Virus record (IMG/VR): IMGVR_UViG_3300027759_006101
Coordinates: 248,001 to 312,000 of that record
Length of the DNA stretch: 64,000 bases
Reading direction: 5' to 3' (one strand)
Shown: piece after piece, positions 37,298 to 47,300 of the stretch
Numbering within the stretch: position 1 is the first letter of the stretch
Layout of the letters: the number at the start of each line of letters is the position of its first letter
Program-made: the position numbers and the translations under genes
The notes under the pieces: generated by a model
Databases searched by the model: none
The model's input: only the letters and a program-made list of their open reading frames with translations
Told to the model about the DNA's origin: nothing

Positions 37298-38248
37298 TTA
37301 AAACTTCTTCTTCGGAGACAATTCTCTATCATCTCTAAGCCAGTAATCTAGCAAGCCCCTATATTTTATATGATCAATAGCATTTTTCATTTCATCTGAC
37401 TTCAAAGGCAAAACAGGTTGAGCTAATGATAAACCTTTCAATGCGTTTAGTCCGATGTTTCCTAGGCCACGTAATCTGCTTTTTATTCTATTCAAATACA
37501 AGCCCTCTAATCCTTCGAGAGCTTTGATAAATTTTCTTTGTGATAAATTATTTGTAAGAAGTTCTTTTTCTAAGCCTGCTAGATTATTTTGAAATTCGTC
37601 TCTTTGGCTTTTCATATCCTCTGTTCTATCTAAACTTTTTTTCTCAATTTTTAAATAATATAAAAGTTTATTTTGAGCATCATTGTAATTTTTTCTGTGT
37701 TGATAGATTTTTTCTTTCTCTTTTTCTGAGCAATTAGAAGGCAATGAGTCAATACTCTTCCTTAATTGTGACGGTTCTAATATCTCATCTAAAGAGGCTT
37801 TTTTATTTATTTCACTAGTGTAACAATTATAACTATCTTCATCTTCTTGCACAGGAATATCAAAACTTTCATCTGGCAATTCATCAACGGGACTAGTAGT
37901 TGTGGTTGTCAGAGTAGTTACAGGTGTAGATGTTTCAGTTTTTTCCGAATACATAGATACATCGCCAATGTCAGTATACTTTGGCTCATCTTCTATTCTT
38001 GGTGTTTCTTCAGATACAATGATTGGCTCAGGATAATTTTTCAAGCTGAATATACGCTTTACATCATCAACATTATATTTTTCAGCTTCAGGTACATCTT
38101 CTTGTTTGACCTTTGCTACAGATGCACCCGGCGCATTCCAATTGACAGTAAAAAAGTAAGTTTTTCTAGCTGCATAGACATATTTAGCATTTTTATTATG
38201 CTCTTCTAAATATGATTGAGCTAACTTAATTATTTTTTCTTGGTCCAT
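37298..38248 (-). CDS. hypothetical protein, candidate head-associated protein
   Basis: KIIKLAQ, KYVYAA, INKKAS motifs; preceded by late-type promoter. Confidence 0.6.
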   Translation of the reverse strand: MDQEKIIKLAQSYLEEHNKNAKYVYAARKTYFFTVNWNAPGASVAKVKQEDVPEAEKYNVDDVKRIFSLKNYPEPIIVSEETPRIEDEPKYTDIGDVSMYSEKTETSTPVTTLTTTTTSPVDELPDESFDIPVQEDEDSYNCYTSEINKKASLDEILEPSQLRKSIDSLPSNCSEKEKEKIYQHRKNYNDAQNKLLYYLKIEKKSLDRTEDMKSQRDEFQNNLAGLEKELLTNNLSQRKFIKALEGLEGLYLNRIKSRLRGLGNIGLNALKGLSLAQPVLPLKSDEMKNAIDHIKYRGLLDYWLRDDRELSPKKKF

Positions 38249-38257
38249 AAAAATATA

Positions 38258-38283
38258 TTTCAGAAATCTAGGTCTTTCATCCT
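38258..38283 (-). promoter_or_regulatory. putative late promoter AGGA-N18-GAAA, 9 nt before ATG
   Basis: aagga-tgaaagacctagatttct-gaaatata on the minus strand; no SD. Confidence 0.55.
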
Positions 38284-39632
38284 TCTAAAATATATTTGCT
38301 GGGTTCAAGGACTGTTTCTTTAGTTACTTTGATTTTTATTTTTTCTTGATTATTTACGCCCAAATATTCGAATGCTGCTGAAGATAAAGACATCTTCACA
38401 ATAGAATTAAGTGCTCTTGTTCCAGTACCTGCTTTGATAGCTTTATTAATTACTTCTTCTAAAAAATCTTCTTCAAAATCTAAGATAACATTAGATTCAG
38501 CAAATAATAATTGATGCTTCTTCACAGGGCTATCTTCTAATTGCGTAAGACAATAAAGCATTTGTTCTCTGTCTAATGGAATCAAAGGAACAATTGATTG
38601 AATTCTGCCTACAAATTCAGTTGACATACCAAATTCAATTAAACTTTCGGCCAAAACCTCGTGAGATGCCTTATTGTAGATTTCATAATTTTTAACTTGA
38701 GCATCGTACTCATTGGTTTTTGTATTTCTGAAGCCTATTGTTCCTTCAGTAAGACCTAGTTTTTTAGCAACGATTTTTTCCAAACCATTAAATGCTCCGC
38801 CAAAACAAAATAAAATATTAGAAGTATCCACTACTACAGGTGGCGTACCTTGCTCTCCTAAGGCAGCAGAGCTAACTTTAACTTTTTTCCCTTCAATAAG
38901 TTTGAGTAATGTACTTTGAGTTGAATAGTGAAAACTCTCAAGTCTTGTTGCAGCACTCATATTTGATGCTAATTTGTCAATCTCATCAATAAATACAACA
39001 CCTTTTTCAGCTAATCCAGGTTCACCATTTGCTTTTAATAATAAATCAGTTATGACAGAATCAGCATCAGATCCTTGAAATCCTGTGGGTGAAAATGATG
39101 TAGCATCGCCCGAAACGAAAGGAACGTCTAAATACTTTGAAATTGTATTTACGATCAATGTTTTACCAGAGCCTGAAGGGCCTAAAAACAAGATATTTTG
39201 CTTATCATTACTGACTGAATTATGGATGTTTCGCATATGTTCAAAAACAGCTAAACTAATTCTTTTTTTTGCTATATCTTGACCAACGACTTTTTTGTTG
39301 AGGTTTTCATATAAATCTTTAGGATTGACATATTTGAATTTCTTAATGTCACTCGTGAATAAAAACTTTTTTGATAATGGTGCTATTTCTGCAAGCTTCA
39401 TTTTCAGATCAAGTACTGGACTCTCATTGTCACAACTTGAAATAAGAGAAATAACATTTTGATGAACTTGAAGTTGTCCAAATTTATTTCCTGTCAAATA
39501 CGATTTGTAACAAGCATCACACAAATGCATTTTTACTAACCTGTTTGCGAAAATTTCAATTTCTCCAAGAACGTCTTTAGTTGCAGGCCTACTACAAAAG
39601 TTACATTCAATTCCTTTAAGTTGTTTCAACAT
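38277..39632 (-). CDS. clpX: ClpX-like AAA+ unfoldase
   Basis: N-terminal CNFC..CDAC zinc finger, VVGQDIAK, Walker A GPSGSGKT, Walker B FIDEIDK, IGF loop, EFVGR; AGGAGG SD. Confidence 0.9.
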   Translation of the reverse strand: MLKQLKGIECNFCSRPATKDVLGEIEIFANRLVKMHLCDACYKSYLTGNKFGQLQVHQNVISLISSCDNESPVLDLKMKLAEIAPLSKKFLFTSDIKKFKYVNPKDLYENLNKKVVGQDIAKKRISLAVFEHMRNIHNSVSNDKQNILFLGPSGSGKTLIVNTISKYLDVPFVSGDATSFSPTGFQGSDADSVITDLLLKANGEPGLAEKGVVFIDEIDKLASNMSAATRLESFHYSTQSTLLKLIEGKKVKVSSAALGEQGTPPVVVDTSNILFCFGGAFNGLEKIVAKKLGLTEGTIGFRNTKTNEYDAQVKNYEIYNKASHEVLAESLIEFGMSTEFVGRIQSIVPLIPLDREQMLYCLTQLEDSPVKKHQLLFAESNVILDFEEDFLEEVINKAIKAGTGTRALNSIVKMSLSSAAFEYLGVNNQEKIKIKVTKETVLEPSKYILEG

Positions 39633-39648
39633 ATGTTCTCCTCCTAAT

Positions 39649-39656
39649 ATTATACA
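39649..39656 (-). promoter_or_regulatory. sigma70-like -10 box TGTATAAT for clpX
   Basis: same octamer before dnaK; close variants before the macrodomain gene and at 62731. Confidence 0.55.
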
Positions 39657-39715
39657 TTATAGGCAGGATTTGTTTTAGATTTATAATAAATATTTAATGT
39701 AATGGAGGGAAACAT

Positions 39716-39949
39716 ATGGCAGTAGTTGACAATAATTCACAGAATAGAGGCTTTGGGAAATGGAAAGTTCAAACTTACAATCCAACAGCTCTTATTGGAC
39801 CTATTGACGGTGTATTGATTGTAAGCAAAGATTTTTACACAATTTTCAAAGATGAGAAGTTGATCAATTGTCTTTTCAATGTACCAAGTCAAAATGTTGC
39901 TTTTGCATATAACGAAATTCACGTACAAGATTTAATGATTCAAAAATGA
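39716..39949 (+). CDS. hypothetical protein
   Basis: GGAGGG SD; preceded by AGGA-N18-TAAAT. Confidence 0.7.
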   Translation: MAVVDNNSQNRGFGKWKVQTYNPTALIGPIDGVLIVSKDFYTIFKDEKLINCLFNVPSQNVAFAYNEIHVQDLMIQK

Positions 39950-40230
39950 ACAGCAAAGAACTAAAACAAGAAGATAAGGTGGACAAGCAAAGACCAACTT
40001 ATGAAATGAAGATTATAATTTTAGATGGAGAAAATGCAATTAGAAATTTGCTTAGACTTCAAAAAAACTATAATCCTGAAACTGTTTTAGTCGATAGAAT
40101 GTTAAAAAGACTTGTTAATTATTTAGAAGAAAGTTATGGTTCAATTGCTAATGTAAGATTGTTCAGTAAAGGAATGTCTTTACAACCAATTGTTACTGAA
40201 GCTGTGCAACACTTGTTCGGAAAAAAATAG
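39946..40230 (+). CDS. hypothetical protein
   Basis: ATGA overlap with the previous gene. Confidence 0.7.
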   Translation: MNSKELKQEDKVDKQRPTYEMKIIILDGENAIRNLLRLQKNYNPETVLVDRMLKRLVNYLEESYGSIANVRLFSKGMSLQPIVTEAVQHLFGKK

Positions 40231-40236
40231 TGAAAA

Positions 40237-40833
40237 TTGGAAAGTCTTCAAGAAATTTCCAATAAACTCATCAAATGCTCTCACAATGATAAGTTGGAAA
40301 TACTTATGAGTGTGAGAGCATTTTTATTTGACAATCCTGAAATTGGTGGACTAATTTTTTCGCCTTATTCAGATTATAATCAGGTAATTGGGACATTTGT
40401 ATCTAAGTCTAACAAGTCGATAAGATTACTAAATGAAAAAAATCTTAAGAAACTTCACATAAAATCTCAAGAATTATTTCTTCTCCCCAAAAATAAAAAA
40501 CTTGTTCTGATAAATTTAGTTGACAGCCTAATTCAAGAATTTGATGCTGTTGTTGTATTTGATCAAGTAAGAGCAGATCCATTTGCTAAAGATGAATTAT
40601 TTGATTTCATAAAAGATAACAAAAATAGTTTTTCTAAAAACTACATAAATATACTTGCAAAAAGATCTAGTGAGTTATATAAAATTATTGATTATGCTAA
40701 AATTGAAAATCAAATTAATGAAACTTGTTTTACCATTTCAAGAAAAAACAAAATTATAAATTATTGGATTAATACTTGGGGACTATCAGAAACATATTTA
40801 GATTCTGGAATTATAGAAAATTTAATATTATGA
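40237..40833 (+). CDS. hypothetical protein
   Basis: 198-aa ORF in a co-oriented run, TTG start. Confidence 0.65.
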   Translation: MESLQEISNKLIKCSHNDKLEILMSVRAFLFDNPEIGGLIFSPYSDYNQVIGTFVSKSNKSIRLLNEKNLKKLHIKSQELFLLPKNKKLVLINLVDSLIQEFDAVVVFDQVRADPFAKDELFDFIKDNKNSFSKNYINILAKRSSELYKIIDYAKIENQINETCFTISRKNKIINYWINTWGLSETYLDSGIIENLIL

Positions 40834-41417
40834 AACAAGCTTTTTTAACTTTTATCAGAAAAAAGGAAAATGATATAAAATTTCTGGCAGTTAAAAATCC
40901 TACTAACATTAACGACATAAACTATAATGAACTAAGATCTGGCTTACCCGTAATTGTTGTAATATCTGATGAAATCTTAGAAGCTCTTTACATAATTGGC
41001 ACAGATGGAGTGTTGTTTCAAGTTTTTGGTGACAATGATAGTCTTTTTTTTATGAAAAAAATAAATGACATATCCTTGATAAATATCCAAAAATACAATC
41101 TAATTAAATTCATTTTACTAGACGCTTTTGACGAGCTTACAATTCAAGAATCAAAAATTTATAAAAATATTTTTGAAAGTTTTGAAGAAAAAATTTATTA
41201 CAATACTTTGCATACAGAATTAGAATTTTTGGGAATAAAAAATTTTGCAATCAAAGAACTAATGAAGATAGAACTGGACGCAAAACTTAAGGCTAGATTA
41301 TTAGATAAAATTAAAAATGTAAAGCCAATGCCAGATCGTTTTTTGAAAAAGAAAATTGATGTTGATTTAACTGGGTATGGCATTTATATCAATGCCTTTA
41401 TTGGTCAATCTTTGTAA
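40830..41417 (+). CDS. hypothetical protein; start corrected to MKQAF
   Basis: ATGA overlap at 40830-40833. Confidence 0.65.
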   Translation: MKQAFLTFIRKKENDIKFLAVKNPTNINDINYNELRSGLPVIVVISDEILEALYIIGTDGVLFQVFGDNDSLFFMKKINDISLINIQKYNLIKFILLDAFDELTIQESKIYKNIFESFEEKIYYNTLHTELEFLGIKNFAIKELMKIELDAKLKARLLDKIKNVKPMPDRFLKKKIDVDLTGYGIYINAFIGQSL

Positions 41418-41849
41418 TTCTGCTCTGTTGAACTCAATTGCACTTGCTTCACATTTTTCACAGCAATTTTCAGACCTTTTCCAAACTCTTCTTCCATCTC
41501 TAACACCAGGGGCAGAAAGCACAGGAAGTGTAATGACTTCACAATGGCAATTATCATGCAACGGAGGAAGTTGCATCATTACTGTGGGATCATTCTCAAT
41601 TTTTTGAACATTCTTTTCTAAATCTTCTGGTGTAAACTCATCTGTAGGAGTTTCGTCTTCTACATCAACGTCAATTGGATTGATAATTTCATCAACAGAT
41701 TCAGGTTCTTCAGTAACTTCTTCTTGCTCTAATGGAGTTTCTTGAATATCTGTATCTTCCGAATCTTCTTCTGCAAAAAATTTAAACTTTTTATCTCCAG
41801 AGATTGGCAATCCAAATATATTGTATTTCTTAGCTTGTCGATACCACAT
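41367..41849 (-). CDS. protein with Mu gpF/SPP1 gp7-like minor head protein motif
   Basis: PPLHDNCHC resembles PPxHxNCRC; MWYRQAK N-terminus, acidic linker, second Cys cluster. Confidence 0.6.
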   Translation of the reverse strand: MWYRQAKKYNIFGLPISGDKKFKFFAEEDSEDTDIQETPLEQEEVTEEPESVDEIINPIDVDVEDETPTDEFTPEDLEKNVQKIENDPTVMMQLPPLHDNCHCEVITLPVLSAPGVRDGRRVWKRSENCCEKCEASAIEFNRAELQRLTNKGIDINAIPS

Positions 41850-41857
41850 AGGTTTTT

Positions 41858-41883
41858 ATTCTCTTTTTACTTTATAAAAGCCT
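41858..41883 (-). promoter_or_regulatory. putative late promoter AGGC-N18-GAAT, 8 nt before ATG
   Basis: aaggc-ttttataaagtaaaaaga-gaataaaaacctATG on the minus strand. Confidence 0.55.
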
Positions 41884-41884
41884 T

Positions 41885-42877
41885 ATGTCAAATGAGTTTG
41901 ATCCCAAAAAAATTATTGATTTTGAAAAGGATTATTATAATATATTATCCATAGATAAAGAATCTTTTCCAAAAGGTAATACCAGAAATGATGTTATTGC
42001 AAGAACAAAAATACTAGAATCTGCTTTCAGAAAAGGAGCAAGAAAAGCTCATCCTGATTTTGGCGGATCTGATGAACAATTCTTAGACTTGGTGAGAGCC
42101 AGAAGAATACTTGAAGACTCTATTTTGCGTAAGATATATGATAATGGAGAGTTTTTGGATTTTGATATTAACATTTCTGAAGACACTAGCTTCAAAGTTG
42201 ATTGGACAAAAGTTGGCAATTATAGAAAAGGCACTCCTGAAGACACAGTAGGATTTAGCTTATTCTTAAGATTATGCGAGAAAAAAGAAGAGCTTGGACT
42301 TGTGCCTGCATTTTTTCCAACAACTAATGAACACAATTATCAATGGGATTTTGTAATTAAAGATTCCAATAAAAATAAATTAGTTATTTCTATTGTCAAT
42401 GACGAAAATGAAGTGTTAAGACTTACAACTTCTGACAAAATACAAGATTCTTTACCATTTAAGATTTATATTTGTGTTCCAGAAAGTTCGCTGGTATTTT
42501 CACGAGACAATAACTTAACTATTGACCCTTATGGCAAAACCCTTATAAATGGAACAATCTTAAACGCAAACTACAATGATTTAGATTTGTTGGAGTCTAC
42601 AAACATAAACTCTACAAATAATTATATAGAAAAAGCTTTAGCTCAAGATTTAATTGCTTTTAAAAATGGAGAACTCAAGTCAAAATCATATAAAAACCAG
42701 AAAAAATGGATTTCTAGTGAAGAACTAAAAAAAATTGATAAAGAAAAATTACAAGAAATTGTAAACTTCAGAAGTTTTGAGGTTGCCAATTTAGAAAATG
42801 CAGACACTTGGTTAGATTCAATTGACAAAAAACCTATTAAAAGATTGTTTGAAAGCAAACCTGATTTGCCTTTATAA
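41885..42877 (+). CDS. J-domain (class C DnaJ-like) protein
   Basis: DYYNILSI, AFRKGARKAHPDFGG (HPD motif), ARRILEDSILRKIYD; unrecognised C-terminal domain. Confidence 0.85.
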   Translation: MSNEFDPKKIIDFEKDYYNILSIDKESFPKGNTRNDVIARTKILESAFRKGARKAHPDFGGSDEQFLDLVRARRILEDSILRKIYDNGEFLDFDINISEDTSFKVDWTKVGNYRKGTPEDTVGFSLFLRLCEKKEELGLVPAFFPTTNEHNYQWDFVIKDSNKNKLVISIVNDENEVLRLTTSDKIQDSLPFKIYICVPESSLVFSRDNNLTIDPYGKTLINGTILNANYNDLDLLESTNINSTNNYIEKALAQDLIAFKNGELKSKSYKNQKKWISSEELKKIDKEKLQEIVNFRSFEVANLENADTWLDSIDKKPIKRLFESKPDLPL

Positions 42878-42951
42878 CAGGGCTCTATTATCAAAAATTG
42901 GAAAAAATAAGAGTGGTTATATTTTAGCACTAATGCGAGGAGACCAATAAT

Positions 42952-44319
42952 TTGGCAAAGCATATATACATCATCGACACTTGTGTCCTACTCCACGATC
43001 CCCTTGCTCTCTATAAATTCGGTGATAATGATATTTACATACCATTAGCAGTCATCGATGATTTGGATGATATCAAGACAAGAAAAGAAAATGTTGGTTG
43101 GTCAGCTAGACAAGTATTTAGAAACTTAGAACATTACTCACTTCAAGATCTTCTCAAGGGCGTTAAAATCAATGAGTTGGGAGGAAGATTGTTTGTTTAC
43201 AACACTGAGTCTCCTTTACAAAAAAATGAAAGACCAAATATCGTTAAAGTTCATTCTGATAACGCAATTATAGAATGCTGCTTAGCCCTAAAATCAGCAA
43301 ATCCTAGAAAGAAAGTAGCGATTATCACAAAAGATACTGGATTAAGAATTCGTGCTATCACTTGGGGTTGTGCAGCTGAAAATTACAGAGCAGATCAACT
43401 TTCTGATGAAATTTACACAGGTATCAGAAAATTTGAACTTACTAATGAAACAGATTGGGCGTTACTTTGGTCAGATTATGAAATTGAAGCTAAAAAACTC
43501 TCTGAAGAAACAATTACTCAGCTTGGCGACATATTTCCAAACGAATTTATTTTATTTCACTACGGAGATAAAATTTGCCCTACACTATATAAGAGAGGCA
43601 TTTTTAGAATTCTCAAAGAAAAATCCAATGCTAAAGAATCAAAGGGATTCTCTGGAATTCAAGGTAAAAACTTAGAGCAAAAGTGTGCTTTAGAAATTTT
43701 ATCTGATTTGACTGTAGCTTTAGTAACTCTATCTGGACCAGCTGGTACAGGTAAATCTTTCTTAGCTCTTGCAGCTGCTTTGCAAATGATTAACGAAGGT
43801 ATCTACGACAAGATTGTTGTAATGAAGCCACTGATTGCGGTTGGCGGAAAAGACATTGGTGCTCTTCCTGGTGATAAGTTTGACAAGATTTCTGCTTGGC
43901 TAGGACCTATCAAAGACAACATTGACCAAATCTTGGGCTCTAAATCTCTTTCTGCTAATAATATGTTTGAAGAAATGTGTCGAGATGGAATTATTGAAGT
44001 AGAAGCTATGGCTTTTATTCAAGGTCGTTCTATTCCAAGATCTATCATTATTCTTGATGAAGCTGAGAACATTAGCCCTAGAGAAGCAAGGATGGTAGTA
44101 GAAAGATGCGGAAAAGACAGTAAAGTAATCCTTCTTGGCGATCTGTCACAAGTCGAAAATCCTTATCTTGATGCTAGATCAAACGGCCTTTCTCACGCTA
44201 TATCAGGTGGAAAGAAAAGTGAACTAGTAGCTTCTGTTACCCTAAGTAAAGTTGAAAGATCTGAATTAGCTGCTGTTGCTAGTGAGATTTTCAATAGACC
44301 TGAAGCTAGAAGAAATTAA
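42952..44319 (+). CDS. phoH: PIN domain-PhoH family ATPase (YlaK/PhoH2 type)
   Basis: IIDTCVLLHDP and DNAI (PIN), GPAGTGKS, IGALPG, FIQGRS, ILDEAEN, GDLSQ; GAGGAG SD, TTG start. Confidence 0.9.
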   Translation: MAKHIYIIDTCVLLHDPLALYKFGDNDIYIPLAVIDDLDDIKTRKENVGWSARQVFRNLEHYSLQDLLKGVKINELGGRLFVYNTESPLQKNERPNIVKVHSDNAIIECCLALKSANPRKKVAIITKDTGLRIRAITWGCAAENYRADQLSDEIYTGIRKFELTNETDWALLWSDYEIEAKKLSEETITQLGDIFPNEFILFHYGDKICPTLYKRGIFRILKEKSNAKESKGFSGIQGKNLEQKCALEILSDLTVALVTLSGPAGTGKSFLALAAALQMINEGIYDKIVVMKPLIAVGGKDIGALPGDKFDKISAWLGPIKDNIDQILGSKSLSANNMFEEMCRDGIIEVEAMAFIQGRSIPRSIIILDEAENISPREARMVVERCGKDSKVILLGDLSQVENPYLDARSNGLSHAISGGKKSELVASVTLSKVERSELAAVASEIFNRPEARRN

Positions 44320-44332
44320 AAACGGATAACTA

Positions 44333-47300
44333 ATGGCTCACGCATTTTTATGGACTGAATTAAACTCATCCAACAACACGGAAGTTTCAAGAGAAATTTC
44401 TAGTGCAGGTTTTGGCACTAACACGTCAACCACTTGGACAAAAAAACTTTTTAAACTTAAGTGGATAAACTCAGATGTTGAAAATATTAGACTATGGATT
44501 GATAACGAATATGCTAATATATATAATACATCTCATTATCCAACAATCAAGAATACATCAAACCTCAAAATTATAGAGGACTTGGGTTTTGAATTTAAGT
44601 TTACTGTTTTTGATACATTCATCGTAAACCAAACAAATGCTGACCTTGCCACATCTTCTAATCTTGGATCGACGACAATTGTTAGTAGTAATTTTTTAAT
44701 TGCTCCTAGCTACATTGATGGAATAGCACTTGACACAAATAAAAAAATTCTTGTCAAGTCTCAATCTGATGCAAAAACTAACGGATTGTATAAAGTTTCG
44801 TCTACTTCAGGTCAAGGAACATATGGTGGTATAGTTGCAGAAGATATTTTGACTGCAGCAAAAATAGTTACCCTGAATAATGCAAGTTATTTTTTATATA
44901 GTGTGGGACTATCACCATTTCAAAGTGCAGCTGCTGGATCAACAAGTTTTAAATGGGTAAATAGATCTACACTATATCAACTTGCAAACGTTGACTGTGC
45001 TACTGAAAACAATTTGCAGCAGTCAGCAGTAGGTCTTTCTACGCCATCTTTAGTTTTAGACAATCATACCTTGAGCACAAACGACAGAGTGCTAGTAAAG
45101 GACCAATCTGCAAAATCTGAAAATGGTATTTATTTCGTATCAAGCTTATATCAACCAAACGCTAATACTTACTATAATCCATACAATAGTTCGTTAGCGG
45201 CTGATGATTTTTGGGATTCGGCGCTTGATTTTATCCGTTCAAATAACTCCCTAAGTGTTCAATTTGTCAACAGTGCTGTAGGCAATAGCGGAGGATATTT
45301 TAGATATTATTCTGGATCTGGATTAACCGGAGGCACTGCCTCTACTTCTGATTTAAAATGGGCAAACGCTGCATACAACTACAAGCATTTTGGCGTTAAT
45401 TGGTACTATGAAATCTCATCAGGAAGTGCAATTGGTTTTAGTTTTGATTTAAGTTCCAACTCTGGAACATTGACTAGCACACCTCGGCAAATTGTAAATT
45501 CTTCAGGCATAGCTACAACCCTTGCCACAAATGAGCGTGTGCTGGTAAAGCATTATTTACCTAGTTTTAGTGGTATTTACACTGTCAGTAATGTGGGATC
45601 AGGTTCTACTGGATTGTGGGTGAGAAACACTGCGTTTGACAGTTCGAGTGAAATTACACAAACAGTAGTAAGTGTTGCTAATAACACAAACAGCCTTGGT
45701 GGAAATATTTGGTACTTGGGCAAAACAGAAACATATAATTCTTTATTCTTGCTCAATATTGACCCTATAACAATTCAAGAAAGATATTATCCTTACACAT
45801 ACGAGCCAGTAAACAATTTAGTTAATGCAAACCAAACAGACTTGACTACAGTTAATGAAGTTTATTTTTCTAATTCAGGTATTGCAATTTCACAAAGAGT
45901 TTTGGTTTCTGGCCAAACTTCTTTTCCAGCACAAAACGGTATATACAGTGTAAGTTCTATTTGTGATGTAGTTTATGGACTTAAGCTCAATGATAATTAC
46001 TCTGTGTTACGTGGATCTGTTGCAAGAATTGTAAATGGTAATACTGGAGCTGGCACTACATATATGCTTTATGCGCCAGGAACAAACACTTCTCCAGGAG
46101 CAATTGGTGTAACTTGGGTTGATATAACTAATATTACAAACATCAGATGTAATGCAGAAACAACTGTAAACAAGTTTTCTTCACAATACATCACTCCTAA
46201 TGATTTTGATGTAGCAGTTGCAGTAGGTACCACTGTTTTAGTAAGAATTGACGATGAAACTAGAAATGGTATCTATACTGTTTCTGCAATAGGAAATTCT
46301 CAAAAACAAATTTTTAATTACGAAAATGCTTTGTCTAGCTGGACATTTGATATCTTTGAATCTGTTCTTTCTGAAGGACCTGCGGGAAGTCACAATGTAT
46401 CACCAAACTTTAAGAAACAAATCAAAGGTATCTATCAAATAGCATCAATTGCATCAACTGAAACTGGTCAAATATTTGTACCTGAAATTTCATTCCCATC
46501 TTTTCAAAATTATGAAAATTTCTTTGGGTCAGAGGGTAAAGGCAGTTCTTTATTACAAGATCTAGATATTGATTGGTATAAACAAGATTTTCAAAAATAC
46601 TCTGTCAAAGCAGTTTTAAATGTTGCTGATGTATCATTAATACCTACTACATCAGGCACAGCTATATCGAGTTTGGTACGCTCTCATTCTGGATTAGGCA
46701 ATACTATCTTACAATCAAATGATAGTGTTCTGATTTTTGTAGGCTCAGGCTCAAGTTCGTCATCAGCCTTAAATGGTATCTACAGACCTTCATTTACAGG
46801 CATAGGTAGTGTCTATTTTACCCAACACGAAGATTTTTATTTTGATACTAAATTTGAATCAACAACCGACAAAAAATCTCTTGCTTCACCTTATGAAAGG
46901 CCATCAGTCGTATCAGTAGAGCAAGGTTATATGGGCGTTGGTACAACATTCCAGAGCAAATATGTCTATATGCAAGGTGAAGTAGCAATTCGAGCTAATA
47001 CATTTAGCTCTGATTACTCTACAGAGGACCTTGAAAAATATTTACACACAGGAACTGAAACTTTTAAGATTGGTTCTGAAATAAGATTAAATACAAATAC
47101 ACAAGATTTAGATAAATTTCCAAGATTAGCTCCAATTCAACATACTCTTTTAGCAGACTTAGCTCTAGACACTGTATCTAATGACATCTTGATAGTCAAA
47201 AGAAATGGCAATCAATTATATAGCTTAGTAAGTGGAGATCCGTCACTATTTTACTTCCAAATAAATGATAGAGTGTTCTATTACGCTACTGATGAGGATA

